A stretch of 64,000 nt of DNA from the NCBI GenBank assembly GCA_951406725.2, contig OX597815.1, positions 215,202,001 to 215,266,000 on the forward strand, written 5' to 3'. Source of the stretch: Octopus vulgaris. Its lineage: Eukaryota. Position numbers and translations under genes: made by a program. Below, piece after piece: positions 32,646 to 46,445 of the stretch (the first letter of the stretch is position 1; each line of letters starts with the position of its first letter). A model generated the notes under the pieces. The model was not told the origin of the DNA and searched no databases. It worked only from the letters and a program-made list of their open reading frames with translations.

Positions 32646-34267
32646 AGATAGCCGATTTGGTCGGAATATATATTCTTTATGAAATGGCCGACCAATTCCC
32701 GGATATCTGTGGAGGTCTTTATCGCGACGATTGTCTGCTTTACCTCCAAAACGCTTCGAACCAAAAAATACAGAAGGTTAAGAACAGATTAGTTAGGTTT
32801 TTTAGTAGAATGGGCTTGCGCATAGTTTTTGACGATGAATTAACTAAAGCCAACTTCTTTGACATTACCCTCAATCTGCAGAATAACTCATACTTCCCTT
32901 ATCATAAACCTTCTACTAATCTTAAGTATATCAGCGTTTTCAGTAATCATGCCAAGCCAATTACCGATAATTTAGTTAAAAACATATCTCTGAGACTGTC
33001 CAAATTATCTGCTAATGTTGACATCTTTAACCAAAAAGCAGAATTCTATAACGCCGCCTTGTCAAGAGCCGGTTATAAGGAAAAAGTATCATACATCGAC
33101 CCAGCTCATTCTAAACCAACATCTGCTTCTCAAGATAGTAAAGTTACTCGTAATAAGAATAATGATTTCAATTCTAATAGTGCCAGCACCCCTGTACATA
33201 AGATAAATCCTTTACGGACTAGGGGAGGTAAGCGCCATCCAACCCCAAATTTCCAACACAGAAATTTTCCCCTTACTATCACAAATAACACTAGGAACAA
33301 TTCAAAGTCCACAAAAAACTGTATCTGGTTTGTAATACCTTTCGGAAAACAAATCAAATCGAACCTTCCCTTACAGTTCCGTGAAGGCGTTGCTAGGAAC
33401 TTTCACAGTAATTCTAGATATCATTCTATTATCAATTCACACAAGGTAAGAATCGCTTTCTCTAACACTAGGAATCTTTCACAAATTATTTCTTCCCATA
33501 ATACCAAGCTGCTAAACAAAGATTCTTCACCCGGGAGTTCCAACACTAATCTTACCAATTCCAACCCATCATACAATCATAATAATAGAAATAGTATTAA
33601 TAGTACCAGCATTGGTAGCAGCGATAGTGTTAACAATGATAATATTAATAATAATATTAGTCGGGTTAATAGCATTGGTAGTGTTGATGGTAACAACAAT
33701 AACGATATTATTGTCGGTGATATTGCTGGTTGTAGTACAATTATTATTATTAATAATAATAATAATAATAATAATAGAAATAGTGTAGTTGTTAGCGCTA
33801 GTAATAATAAAAGCAACAATCATAACAATAAAAACTCCGTCTCGATCTCGGAGGACAACCCTAACAGATTAAAATTTTTGTCTAGTAATTCCAAAATTAA
33901 GAATTCCATTTACCAGTGTAGAATTTCTTCCGGTACCGATGTCTTCTTCTATATAGGGGCGACCACTTTTCAGTTATCCAAGAGAATTTCTAACCACTAG
34001 TCGACATTCAGAGATAGGAAAAAACGGCATAGTATAGGGCTAAGTAAATTAGTTTGGCGTCTTAAAGACAGCAATATAACTTTCAAGTTGGATTGGTTCA
34101 TATTGTCTGTATCCTTTTATTTTGATAAGGGCAGAAGATTTTGTAACATTTGTAACTCTGAGCTCTTCCATATTCTTTTCGCTAAGGTTCCCCTAGTAAA
34201 CACACTCATAGAAAAATCGTACAAATGTAAACATTGGCAGAAACACACTTTCTACTCATATAAATGA
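32646..34267 (+). pseudogene. PLE RT (C-terminal part) plus GIY-YIG endonuclease, one premature TAG at 33998
   Basis: IADLVG..GLYRDD..NFFDITL..PYHKP; SIYQC..FYIGAT..KRISNH; the frame continues past the TAG to CNICNSE..CKH..TGA at 34265-34267. Confidence 0.85.
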
Positions 34268-34775
34268 TAACGATAGCCACTGTGGTTTTAACAATTAGCT
34301 TCACGTCCACACCACTGCTATAGACAAATTCTTTCCTATACCTCCGAACATTCTTTCAATCAACGTACACTTCCCCTTCCCTACCTATTACTCCTTTATA
34401 TATTCCCTTACTACTACATATCTTTGACGTATGTTTCTCTCTCTCACACACATAATCACACACACAGACACAAATATTCCCTTACTGCTACGTAACTTTG
34501 ACGTATGTCTCTCTCTCACACACACAGACACAAATGTAGTTATATACACACACATACACACACACACAAACACTCGCACTCATTAACACAAGCACACACC
34601 CACACATTTTCATACATACAGCAAACATACTGTCCCCTACCTATTTTTACTTCCTCCTACTATCCATTTTTGACGTCAATGCTTATAACGGATTTTTAAA
34701 AAAAACACTCATTATCGCTTTGGTTACCATGTAGGCAATCATCGAAATTTTTGTTCGTCTTGTTGTTGAGAGAGG

Positions 34776-34873
34776 CTCTTTTTCTTTCCTGATGAGAAGA
34801 TTGCATAATGCACCCTTTATTCCTTCGGAATAAAAATATGCTGTCTTCGAAACATGTGTCGAGAGTAAAGGAA
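34776..34873 (+). ncRNA. Type I hammerhead ribozyme in PLE pLTR
   Basis: CTGATGA 34789-34795; stem II GAAGA../..TCTTC; GAAA 34849-34852; ACATGT palindrome; GTC 34858-34860; stem I CTTTC/GAGAG. Confidence 0.85.
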
Positions 34874-35069
34874 CTTTGTTAACATCTTCGTTCGACTCCA
34901 TTCTTTTATTTATTCATATACAACACACAAATTTCTACACAAGAACCCGGAGTTTCTACCCTTGACAGGTCGCTTCAACCGTGTTTTCTGACGTGAATTT
35001 GCTACCCAGGTTTCGGTTAAACGAATTTTCCATGCTGACGATAAACATAGGATAATACATTCACCTACC

Positions 35070-36790
<1,721 letters not shown>

Positions 36791-36805
36791 ATATATATAC
36801 ATATC

Positions 36806-36859
<54 letters not shown>

Positions 36860-36862
<3 letters not shown>

Positions 36863-37042
36863 GCGTTGGAGAAGATAATGGAAACACCTTAAAATTTCAA
36901 ACATATTTATTTTAATATGGGGTAGTACCGCCTTTGGCAGTAATTACACCTTGAATTCTACGAGGTATGGTACCATACAAATTTTGATTTGTTCCAAAGG
37001 AATTTGTGTCCATTCTTCAGCTAAAACAGTCTCCAATTCTTG
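36860..37042 (-). mobile_element. Tc1-like terminal fragment
   Basis: Homologous to 38413-38595, including the TIR. Confidence 0.8.
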
Positions 37043-37059
37043 CAAACAACAGGATAACA

Positions 37060-39800
37060 GATAACAGAATAATACAACTTTGTCAACCTTATGTGAACTC
37101 CCTACAGACTCAATAAAGAAATTAAAGAACGCGCTAAGAGAAGCACAAAATTTTACATCACATAAATCTTACATAGAATAAGTATTTGGTGAAGTTTGAT
37201 ACAGGAATGTGTTGATTTTAGTAATGCAATCAGATGCAATACTGAAACAGAAGAATACAGAGACAACGACCGCCGAACTCACCACTGAAATTAAAAGTGA
37301 CAACAGAATATACGAAAAAACGTGAATTAATTAATGAAAGGAAATAATCGGTTTGAAAAAAAAGACGAGAATAATGAAGACAATCCACATAGTGCTAAAC
37401 ACAAAGGGGACTCAACGATTTGACAAATACACAGCGAGAACAATCTGATAATTGAAACTCCCTGGTAAAATAATGTTTAGAAACTGTTCAACGGAAAGGA
37501 TAGCCACTTATAAAAGAAATACGTAATACAAAGCATATAAACAGAGATGAAATATAAAAATCATTCATCTAAAGATGATAGCTTTATGAAGCTTGAATTA
37601 AGGGAACAGGAGTGATGTATAAACAATACTTGCTTCTGCTTTCGGTTATAAAATGGAACATTGGAATGGCATATTTACGCATGTCTTTGTGAAACTTAAA
37701 ATAGCCAAAATTCCGATCTTATATACGAGTAATCTTGATTAGTCTATGTAATCTTCTTCTAGCTAAAGAAAGATTATGAAAATTTATTCCATTTTAGAAG
37801 GAAAATCCTACAACGTCACCATATTATTCGAATAGTCGTTAGATTTCATTCTGGAAACACTACAAAATAAATTCATCCACTTGGAGATAGGGTTGTATAG
37901 AAACAATAGCCTAGCATTCTCTGAAACCAGGGTAAGTATGGATGAGAGGTATTTAGAAAAGATTTAATGAATAGTTTTGAAGAATTCAACCTCAGAACAG
38001 CCATCCAAAGAAATCTTCCAATAATCGACATCCTGGACAAAGCAATATTTTCTCCAGAATAGTACTATCCCGAAAGAAGACTCAAATAAAGGGATACTAC
38101 ATATAAACAATGTACCATATTCTTCAAGACACCACTTCATGCTCAGTGTGTCAAATGTGGTGAAATATTCATTAATATTAACCACCAAACATTCGTCAAT
38201 TGATATTTTGCGTAGAATAATCTCATTTACGGAAACAATACAAATGATAATTAAAAGTTTCACGTGATACCAACGGCATAACAGCTGCATTATGAATAAC
38301 GAAATAGCTGGCAACCAACTGCCTGAAACAGCTGGAAACAGTAAAGTTCCTAAACGCTTTCATTTAAGTATAATTGCTTAAGAAAAGAAACGATCTAGAA
38401 GACTTTGAAATACAGGGGTTGGACAAAATAATGGAAACACCTTAAAATTTCAAACAAATTTATTTTAATATGGGGTAGGACCGCCTTTGGCAGTAATTAC
38501 AGCTTGACGTCTTCGAGGTAGGGACTCGTACAAAGTTTGAAGTGTTCCCAAAGGAATTTTTGTCCATTCTTCAACTAAAACAGCCTCCAGTTCTTGTAGT
38601 GATGATGGTGGATGATATCGACTCCTTACTTGTTTTGTTTTTAAATGTACAGTAAATGTTTAAAAATATTGAGATCTGGGGACTGTGGTGGCCAGGTAAG
38701 ATGGTCAACTGCACTAGAATGTTCCTCGCTCCATTTAGTAACAACTTTAGCTGTGTAAATTGGTGCATTATCATCTGAAAGATAGGATTTCCCTCTAGAA
38801 ACAGTTCCGCAAGCATAGGATGAATTTGATCAGATAAAATGTTTAAATAGTTTTCACTATTAGTTCTGCCATGAAGGGAAACCATTGGGCGGCGGATTTC
38901 CAAGATATACCTCACCAGATCATCACAGATACTCCTCCATGTTTAACAGTTGGAAGAAGGCAGTCTGGGTCAAATGCTTCTTTTGGCTGTCTCTGCAAGC
39001 ATACTCGACCAGTGGTTGGAAACAGGGTAAAGGATGACACGTCCGAGAAAATAACATTCTTCTACTGATCTAGGAACCATTTCGGTAGGTTTTAATTCTC
39101 TCTAAACGCTTTGCAAAGTTTGTTTTTGAAAGTAATGGTTTTCTGATTGCAACCCTCCCGTGAAATCCGACTTTGTGCAGCTCTCGCAAACAGTTTTTGT
39201 GAAAATTAGGTTCTCAAGGTGGTCATTAAGCTCTGCAGTAATTTTGGGAGCTGTACTTTTATTATCCTTTCTAGCAATTCGCTCGCACTTGCCATACGAG
39301 CCCTAACAATTTGACTTCTTTGAAATACCGATTGATCTGTTACTTTAATGAATTCTAGTTACCTTTTCCTGGTGATATCTGAAAAGAAACAGCAATTTTA
39401 GCAAAAGATATTAAACAACACTAATAATAAATAAAAAAAAACATTAAAATGTACAAGCTTTTGACGGTTTTATAGATATTTCAAAATTATAATGCTACGA
39501 TATTAGGTGTTTCCAATATTTTGTCCAACCCCTGTAGTTTTTTTATATACAAGTTACAACATGGCACCGCGGGGAACGTTTAAAGAAAGATACCCAAAGC
39601 ATGTACACTTATTCTGAAGCGTACATCAGTGTAATACAATATCTTCTGTCTGAAACGTACAAAGATATAATGCAATCCTTTCGGGGTGTAAATACGAAGA
39701 CAACCTGAAAAATAATAAATATGCCATCCATTTATGTAAGTTGTCCAGGGAAATGAAGACTATGAGCGTCGAAACATTTAATATTGTATCACAAAGTTTA
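37060..39800 (+). pseudogene. Old degenerate PLE interrupted by a Tc1 element
   Basis: GLYRNNSLA (~37890, compare GLYRDD), TFKERY..H (~39580) and PF...N..RQ motifs; many stops. Confidence 0.5.
38413..39534 (-). mobile_element. Tc1-like DNA transposon, defective
   Basis: TIRs CAGGGGTTGGACAAAATA(A)TGGAAACACCT at both ends; TA target duplication; minus strand WPPQSPDLN and DDNAPIY motifs. Confidence 0.92.
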
Positions 39801-40176
39801 ATTTCTCCAAAAGAAAAATTAGATCTTTACCAAGAGGCGACGTAAAAATTGTTTAATATTAAAGATTGGAGTTGAAAATTATAAAAGACGTAGAAGAAGT
39901 AGAACGGCAAAACATAATACTATTCAACAAACAGCTACTAGTGTAGCAAATAACTATCCATTAAAACGCACTGACCAATGAAAACGAACCTCAATTCTAA
40001 TAGATACCATGTATTCATTATAGTTCTCTTTCGTTTACAAACTGTAGCACACATACATACATGCACATATATTGACCCAGTGCGCGTGTGTTAGATATTA
40101 TCGTAATTATCCTCCTAAGGTACAACGAAATTTGTTTCGGAACACGTGTTCACATCAAGAATCTTGCAAACCAACT

Positions 40177-40244
<68 letters not shown>

Positions 40245-41265
40245 GGAAAATGACCCTACAGCAATACTGTCCATACAGCTACATATACATTCATGTATAG
40301 ACTACAATGCATCCATTGAGAGATGTAGATAAATATACATACATCCTTTCATAAATCCATGTTACTATGCACACTTTCAAATCTACATACAAACATACAC
40401 GTCTTTAACAGAACACAATGAAACAATCCATTCTTTTATACAATATAAATATGGTTATTCCTTTCAGAAAATAATCCCGAACCAAAATTGCTAATATTTT
40501 ACAAAATAGTCCTGCAAACTTATTCGCTACCGTTAGTTTATGAAACTATTGTATTGAATATAAATTGCATTGTTCATCCATAATATTTGTATAGAGACAT
40601 CTTTTTACGTATAAAAAAATAGTTCATAGCAATTGCTGGCTTTGAATATATAAATACATAAAGTATACTACCCAGGAATTAATGCGCTTAAAATTTAATA
40701 TTTTATATGATTTTCTCATTGTGTTTCCAGGTTCAAGTTCTGGTTATGAAATAGAGGATAGAACAGCAGAAATAAACTCATAAGTGAAAACTGAAAAAGT
40801 GCTTCAAGAATCGTCTTAGTATTTTACGCCATACAATAATGTTTTCTCCATATATAATATTGAATATATTTTCTCGTAAATAAAATATATTTGTACCTTT
40901 CAATGCAACACTATGCAACCGAGACATTGTATAACCTGCAATAATTCAATTTAGACAAGTTTCAGGGCCTCATTATTGCTTGAAACAGAGGAAAATAGAA
41001 AATGCTGTTACCTTGCGCACGTAAACGAAAGCAATTTATTCTAATCACTTGCCTTTGTCTGTTATCTGTGTTCGTAAAACTGCTGGAAAGCGGATGAACT
41101 GATTTTTATCACGTTTGGCAGAAATACTCATTGTGTGAGTGGCTCGAAATGATGAACATTTCGTTTGATTATGTTTAAAAACAAATCGAACTAATTTCCA
41201 GATAAGCAACCGGTCATATTATTTTGCTCACTTTCATTTTTATGTGAATCGAACCTCCTTTGAGT

Positions 41266-41425
41266 GTGTACGTATGTGACCATGGTGTACGTATGTGACC
41301 ATGGTGTACGTATGTGACCATGGTGTACGTATGTGACCATGGTGTACGTATGTGACCATGGTGTACGTATGTATCATGGTGTGTATGTGATCATGGTGTA
41401 CGTATGTGTTCATGGTGTACGTATA
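41266..41425. repeat. 19-bp minisatellite GTGTACGTATGTGACCATG, ~8 copies
   Basis: Seen directly. Confidence 0.9.
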
Positions 41426-41475
41426 TGCCTAGATATTTGTGAGTACATACATAAATGCAAACAGATATGCGATTC

Positions 41476-41530
<55 letters not shown>

Positions 41531-41944
41531 AACGATGAATTTCAGTTTTATGTTATTTACGACTTGATTTTATCAGTTATTTTAAACATTCCACAAAAAA
41601 CACTGAGCCGCTTCTTTGTGGATATAATCAGTCCATTAACAGGAAAGTCAACATCGTACGTGAAGAATTCCACCCACTTCACAGAATTGATCAAGGATAC
41701 CCCCATTGAATCCAACCAGATGCTGAGTCTAGATGTGATAAGCCTGTTCACCAAAGTCCCAACTGGTGAAGCACTCTCGGTGATACAAGAAAAACTAGTG
41801 ACAGACACCCATCGAAACGAACGCACTAGTATACCAATAAGAAACTTGATGGAAATGTTGACCTTCTGTGTAGAAACAACCTACTTCAGTATGGACACTG
41901 ATATATATCGACAAGAAGAGGGTTTAGCTATGGGTTCGCCTATT

Positions 41945-42650
41945 TCTAATTTCATGATATCAATGTAAGCTTTACATTTGTTAAATAAAGGGTTTAATCT
42001 GACTTGTGGCTATCTTCGTTTTTTAGATGTAATACTGGAATACTACCGTCTAAGTTCTATTAGCGCGCTCGCGCACCGACCATTTGTATTTCGCGCGTGT
42101 TGGTGCCTTTACCAAGGCACAGAAAGGAAGGCCCCTCTCGCGCATGCGCGAACCACCGGTAGCACGACCCTATTGCCTACGTAGCAGTTAGCGAGGCAAG
42201 GGGGTCGTAGAACGTTTGACCGCTAGCGTCCAGCAAGCGGTGACTTGGGAACCCAGCGATTGACGGCGACGGTCACGCATATATTCTCTCCGTCAGGATT
42301 AGATTCTAGCAGTCCTTTGGCCGAAGACTTTTAACCAAATTGTTGCAGACCAACATCGTCTCCATTGTTCGACGCCATCTTGAATCCTTTCTGTTTTTGG
42401 GCTGGAGATTGTAAATATTACAATCTATTAACTTTCAGCCTTGCGCGCCCGAATCAAGGACATCAGATAACACACTTATTGTTATTGTTTACCAAGAAAG
42501 AGAATAAAGTAGTTATATATATATTTCACGTCTGCGTCCTGTTTGTTTCTGACTAATAGAGATTCTGGATTATTAAGTAACGGCTAGTGAGTGATTGCTT
42601 TGTGCACCCCAAAAGCCCGAGAGACTTTCACACATCACTAAGTTCGTTTC
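41945..42650 (+). mobile_element. Insertion into the PLE RT, solo-LTR-like
   Basis: Interrupts the RT between MGSP and TFILW; TGTAAT at 42028, AATAAA at ~42503, TTTCACA at ~42632; no TSD seen. Confidence 0.45.
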
Positions 42651-43559
42651 AACACCTTTATACTCTGGCCCCACCAGGAAGATGTCCAAGTGCTGTTAGA
42701 TCATGTGAAGTCAATAAAGCCATCCATACAGTTAACAATGGAAAAGGAAACAGACAATCAGTTGGCATTCTTGGACGTATTAATAACACGCACCAAGTAT
42801 GGATTCAGGACATCCGTATACCGCAAGCCGACCTTTACCGGACGATACTTCAACTTCAATTCCTACCATTCATACTGTGTAAAGGGAGGGATTGCTCAGT
42901 GCCTAAAACATCGTGCAAAAAATATAAGTAGCGATCGTGATAACACCAAGCTCAATAACGATCTGTTAAGCAACAACTACCACAAAAGTATACTATCCAC
43001 TCTAGTTATGAAGAAGAGAGAGGATAAGGCCAATAAACTGTCTAAAGTCTGTCAACCCTATGTGAAAGGCCTCTACGAAAATATAAAAAAGATATGCAGC
43101 CCATATGACATCAGAACAGTATTCAAGAATGATACAATACTTCGCAAATAAATCCTTTGGGTAAAACCACCAATAGGAGAGGATATGACCAAGGGCTGCG
43201 TGTACTCAATCGCATGCAGCTGTGGTAGTTTATACAAAGGCGAAACATGGCGCCTCCTCAAAATAAGGGTAGAAGAACATCGCAAAGCTGTGACACGAGG
43301 AGATATTGATAAAGTGGGTATAGCTAATCATGTATGGAAAAATGGAGACCATCTCCCCCTGTAGGATGAAGTTAAAATAATAGACAGAGAACACCACTGG
43401 AAAATACGAAAACTAAAAGAAGCAGCACATATGCTAGGACACAACAACCCCCTAAGTAGACCGAGTGCAGATATGAGCAGCATATGAGAATTGGTATTAA
43501 GGAAGGATAGAAAAATTTTAGATATATAAGCCCTAAAATTCACTCCATAATTGCCTATG

Positions 43560-43632
43560 GGCATATGGCGTAGTTTTTAAGAGCGCGGGCTACTAACACC
43601 AAGATTCCGAGTTCGATTCCAAGCAGTGACCT
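43560..43632 (+). ncRNA. tRNA-like sequence (Pol III A/B boxes), not a functional tRNA
   Basis: TGGCGTAGTTTTTAAG A-box-like, CTACTAA loop, GAGTTCGATTCC B-box; acceptor stem broken. Confidence 0.6.
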
Positions 43633-43699
43633 GAACAATAATAATAATAACATTGAAAAATACCTTAGGAATGAAAATCCAGGTTCGAAATTTCCCCAA

Positions 43700-43745
43700 G
43701 ACACTTGAAGAAGGCTGCTAGGTGTATCAGTCGAAATGTTGTGTT
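43700..43745 (+). ncRNA. Decayed minimal hammerhead
   Basis: GACAC TTGAAGA A GGCTG..CAGTC GAAA TG TT GTGTT. Confidence 0.6.
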
Positions 43746-43923
43746 AACACCAAACAAGATCGAATATAAATAATTCCAGTAAAAAGTCGAAATTTTGCAA
43801 GATATATCTAGGTGATTAGATTTGTACTCATTTATCTAATTAGCACTATCAGGTCTTTCAACTGTCAATAATCCAGTTATGAACATTTCACAAACAGTTA
43901 CAATCCAATCAAGAAACTAAGTA

Positions 43924-44360
43924 CCGTATTTTCCGGTCTATAAAACGCGTCGGCATTGAAGCCGCTCGGCCGAATTTTGGGGAAAGTGTTGGTTCTATCC
44001 ACACATAAAGCCTACCGGTGTTTTATAAAGCTACCTTTGTTATTGTTGATGTGTATGTAGTTTCAAAATGTTTTATTCTTCAACTATGAGATGTATTGTT
44101 GATTTTTTGATTTTATCTTACTATAATCAGCAACAAACACATTCCGTCAATATTAAATTCTTTATTAGATAAAAAAAATATCATTATCAAAACATGAAGG
44201 TAAAACAAAACAAATGTGCTTTGTTTTCTTCCAGGCACCAATGTACTGTAGCAATAGTCTTTCATCGACCGACCTTTTCTCTGAAAAAATCAGTGGAATC
44301 ATTCGATCTCCATAACAAATTATTTTCCTCCTTGAACTTATAAAAAAGGATACGCACATT
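43924..44360 (-). mobile_element. pogo/Tc2-like element remnant (one TIR)
   Basis: TA-CCGTATTTTCCGG TIR; minus strand RRKIICYG...SVDERL...WKKTK resembles an N-terminal transposase HTH. Confidence 0.55.
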
Positions 44361-45194
44361 TTTGTCATATTCATATCGACTTTCAGTCCATAAACGTTAC
44401 ACAAACACTTGACTGCGCATGCCTGAATGTCTATACTTAAAGTATTTTCTAAGCTAAATTCTCTGCCTGATCTACAGGCTCATTAGGCCCCCAGTATATC
44501 TCGGTATCGAACGTATTTCAACACACAAGGATACAACACACAGGATACCAGTCTGTCGCAATGTTAACCCCTGGTTAATGCTGGTACTTTTCAGATAAGT
44601 GCACTGGAAGTGTCTTTCTCGTGGACACAACTTACCGAAACAATAAATGCATACGCCTATATGTGTGTGTGTGTGTGTGCGCTTATGTACATATCTGTGT
44701 GTACGTGTGTGTATTTTTGTATGCAGTACACACACACATTTTCTTTTATTCTTTTATTCTTTCGCTTATTTAAGGTGAATTTAAAAGTCGTTATGCCAAT
44801 CACATAATCCCCTTCCGATATAGGACAAAAGTAAAGCTACGAAACTGGCTAAGTTTGGAAGAAAACGAAACACCACATGTGACTGGATGGGAAGTAATTG
44901 AGAATCCATAACTTATGTTAATGGATCGAATAAATATAAGCTTTGTTTAGCTGAAAGAGTGCATATCCTGTTCAGATCTAAGATGCTTAATTCTCTATTG
45001 GACTCTAGGTCAGGAATTTTCAGTCATTGTCAAGTATAAATATATTTTGAAGAACTGGAAAATTCAGTCTATTCTTGATTAGATATTTGATATCTTTTTA
45101 GCCTTATAATTCAAGGTCTAACAAGGAGACCTTTAAATGCTGTTTTTACTTTTCCCTTTTCTCATTTTCGTTTTTGTGCTTTCGTGTTCCGATT

Positions 45195-46220
45195 TCCGGA
45201 ACACTGGGCATGCTGTGGCAGACATGCACTGGGGCTGCGGCATCTCCAAACATTCTGCCTAAAAGGTGAACAGGCGTGATCATCGTTTGTCAAACAGGCT
45301 TTTCCACGGCTCATCTCCTTGAGTAAGCTGCAGTCCTGGGTCAAGGATCAGTGGAAAGTCCACTCTTGAGTTCTATGGAGGGTTAGTGTAGGGAAAGCGC
45401 GATGAAGCACTTGGAGAGACGCTAGGCGTTGACAAAATTGAACTAACCAGTCTGTTGAGGAGGGCTTTCAAGACGTGGACGATGGATACCTCCTAGAAGT
45501 CCCTTGCTTTGCAGTGCTATCGGGGGGCACTGCCGGTTCGAGATAAACTCTACAAGCACGGAAGTGCTGTCTGACCGACCTACCCGAGATGTGCGTGGAG
45601 CGATGAAAGCGTTCTGCACGCACTCGTCCAGTGTCCTTGCATTACTAACATGTGGAGTTATGTTGAACAGCTGTTATCACGTGTAGGGTGGTTATATCTA
45701 TCGGCCGAGTCCGTAGTGAAGATCGATCAGCCGCTTTCCATCAGTCCGGAAGATCAGGCAATTTACTTCTGTCAAATGGCAGTAGCGAAAGAGGCTGTAT
45801 TGTGGACCAGGTTAAAAGGACTAAAGGCAGAGACTTTTCTCTACGGCCAATCACTCGTCAACTGTTTCAAATTTTCTTTGGAAAGGAAGATGAGGGTGCA
45901 GAGTGAAGTGCTGCCTCCCAGTACATTGGCCAAAAGGTGGATGAATAGCGAAAATGGTACGTGTGAGTTGACCTACTCTAATAACGCGCCTGTGGGCTAA
46001 TGAATTTGAGAGGGAGGAGAGTGCTCTTCCCAGATGCCCTCGAAGCGTCGAGTGGTTCAGGATTGGGGTGGGGGTACCTGAGCCAACTCCAGGGGAATAC
46101 GTGCACCTATTACGTACTTTCATTGTTATATTCTTTTGTTGGATATCTTTGTTATTCTTTTAACTGTGTACTCGTTGTGTTTGTGTTAAATCCCAACTGT
46201 CCATGTCTACTGTATCCTGT
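45195..46220 (+). pseudogene. Tx1/L1-like LINE 3' remnant
   Basis: RHALGLRHL and TYPRCAWSDESVLHALVQCP (CCHC-like); duplicated at 60435-61455. Confidence 0.6.
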
Positions 46221-46224
46221 TTCT

Positions 46225-46445
46225 TTACTACCCACAAGGGGCTAAACACAGAGAGGACAAACAAGGACAGACAAACGAATTAAGTCAATTATATCGACCA
46301 CAGTGCGTAACTGGTACTTCTTTAATCGACCCCGAATGGATGAAAGGCAAAGTCGACCTCGGGGGAATTTGAACTCAGAACGTAACGGCAGAAGAAATAC
46401 CGCTAAGCATTTCGCCCGACGTACTGAAGATTCTGCCAGCTCTCA
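46225..46445 (-). mobile_element. SINE family A (duplicates at 49640-49750 and 61460-61672)
   Basis: Reverse complement of 1-170 plus the head. Confidence 0.85.

Larger units (their letters stand above)
41590..43780 (+). mobile_element. Penelope/Poseidon-type PLE, disrupted
   Basis: SLDVISLFTKVP, GLAMGSP, FLDV, VYRKPT, PYVKG, CVYSIACSCGSLYKGET..RVEEH..KLKEA (GIY-YIG); stops and an insertion; HHR in the 3' region. Confidence 0.85.

Noticed and set aside
33998-34330. Selenocysteine recoding or SECIS in the Naiad-like element
   Set aside because: The internal stop is TAG, not TGA, and no SECIS fold is evident; most likely a nonsense mutation.
39745-39785. ATGAA-GAC..GTC-GAAAC after the old PLE
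   Set aside because: Position is plausible, but the core and stem I are too degenerate to call.
43560-43632. Functional tRNA gene
   Set aside because: Acceptor and anticodon stems do not pair, and there is a T-run within the D region.
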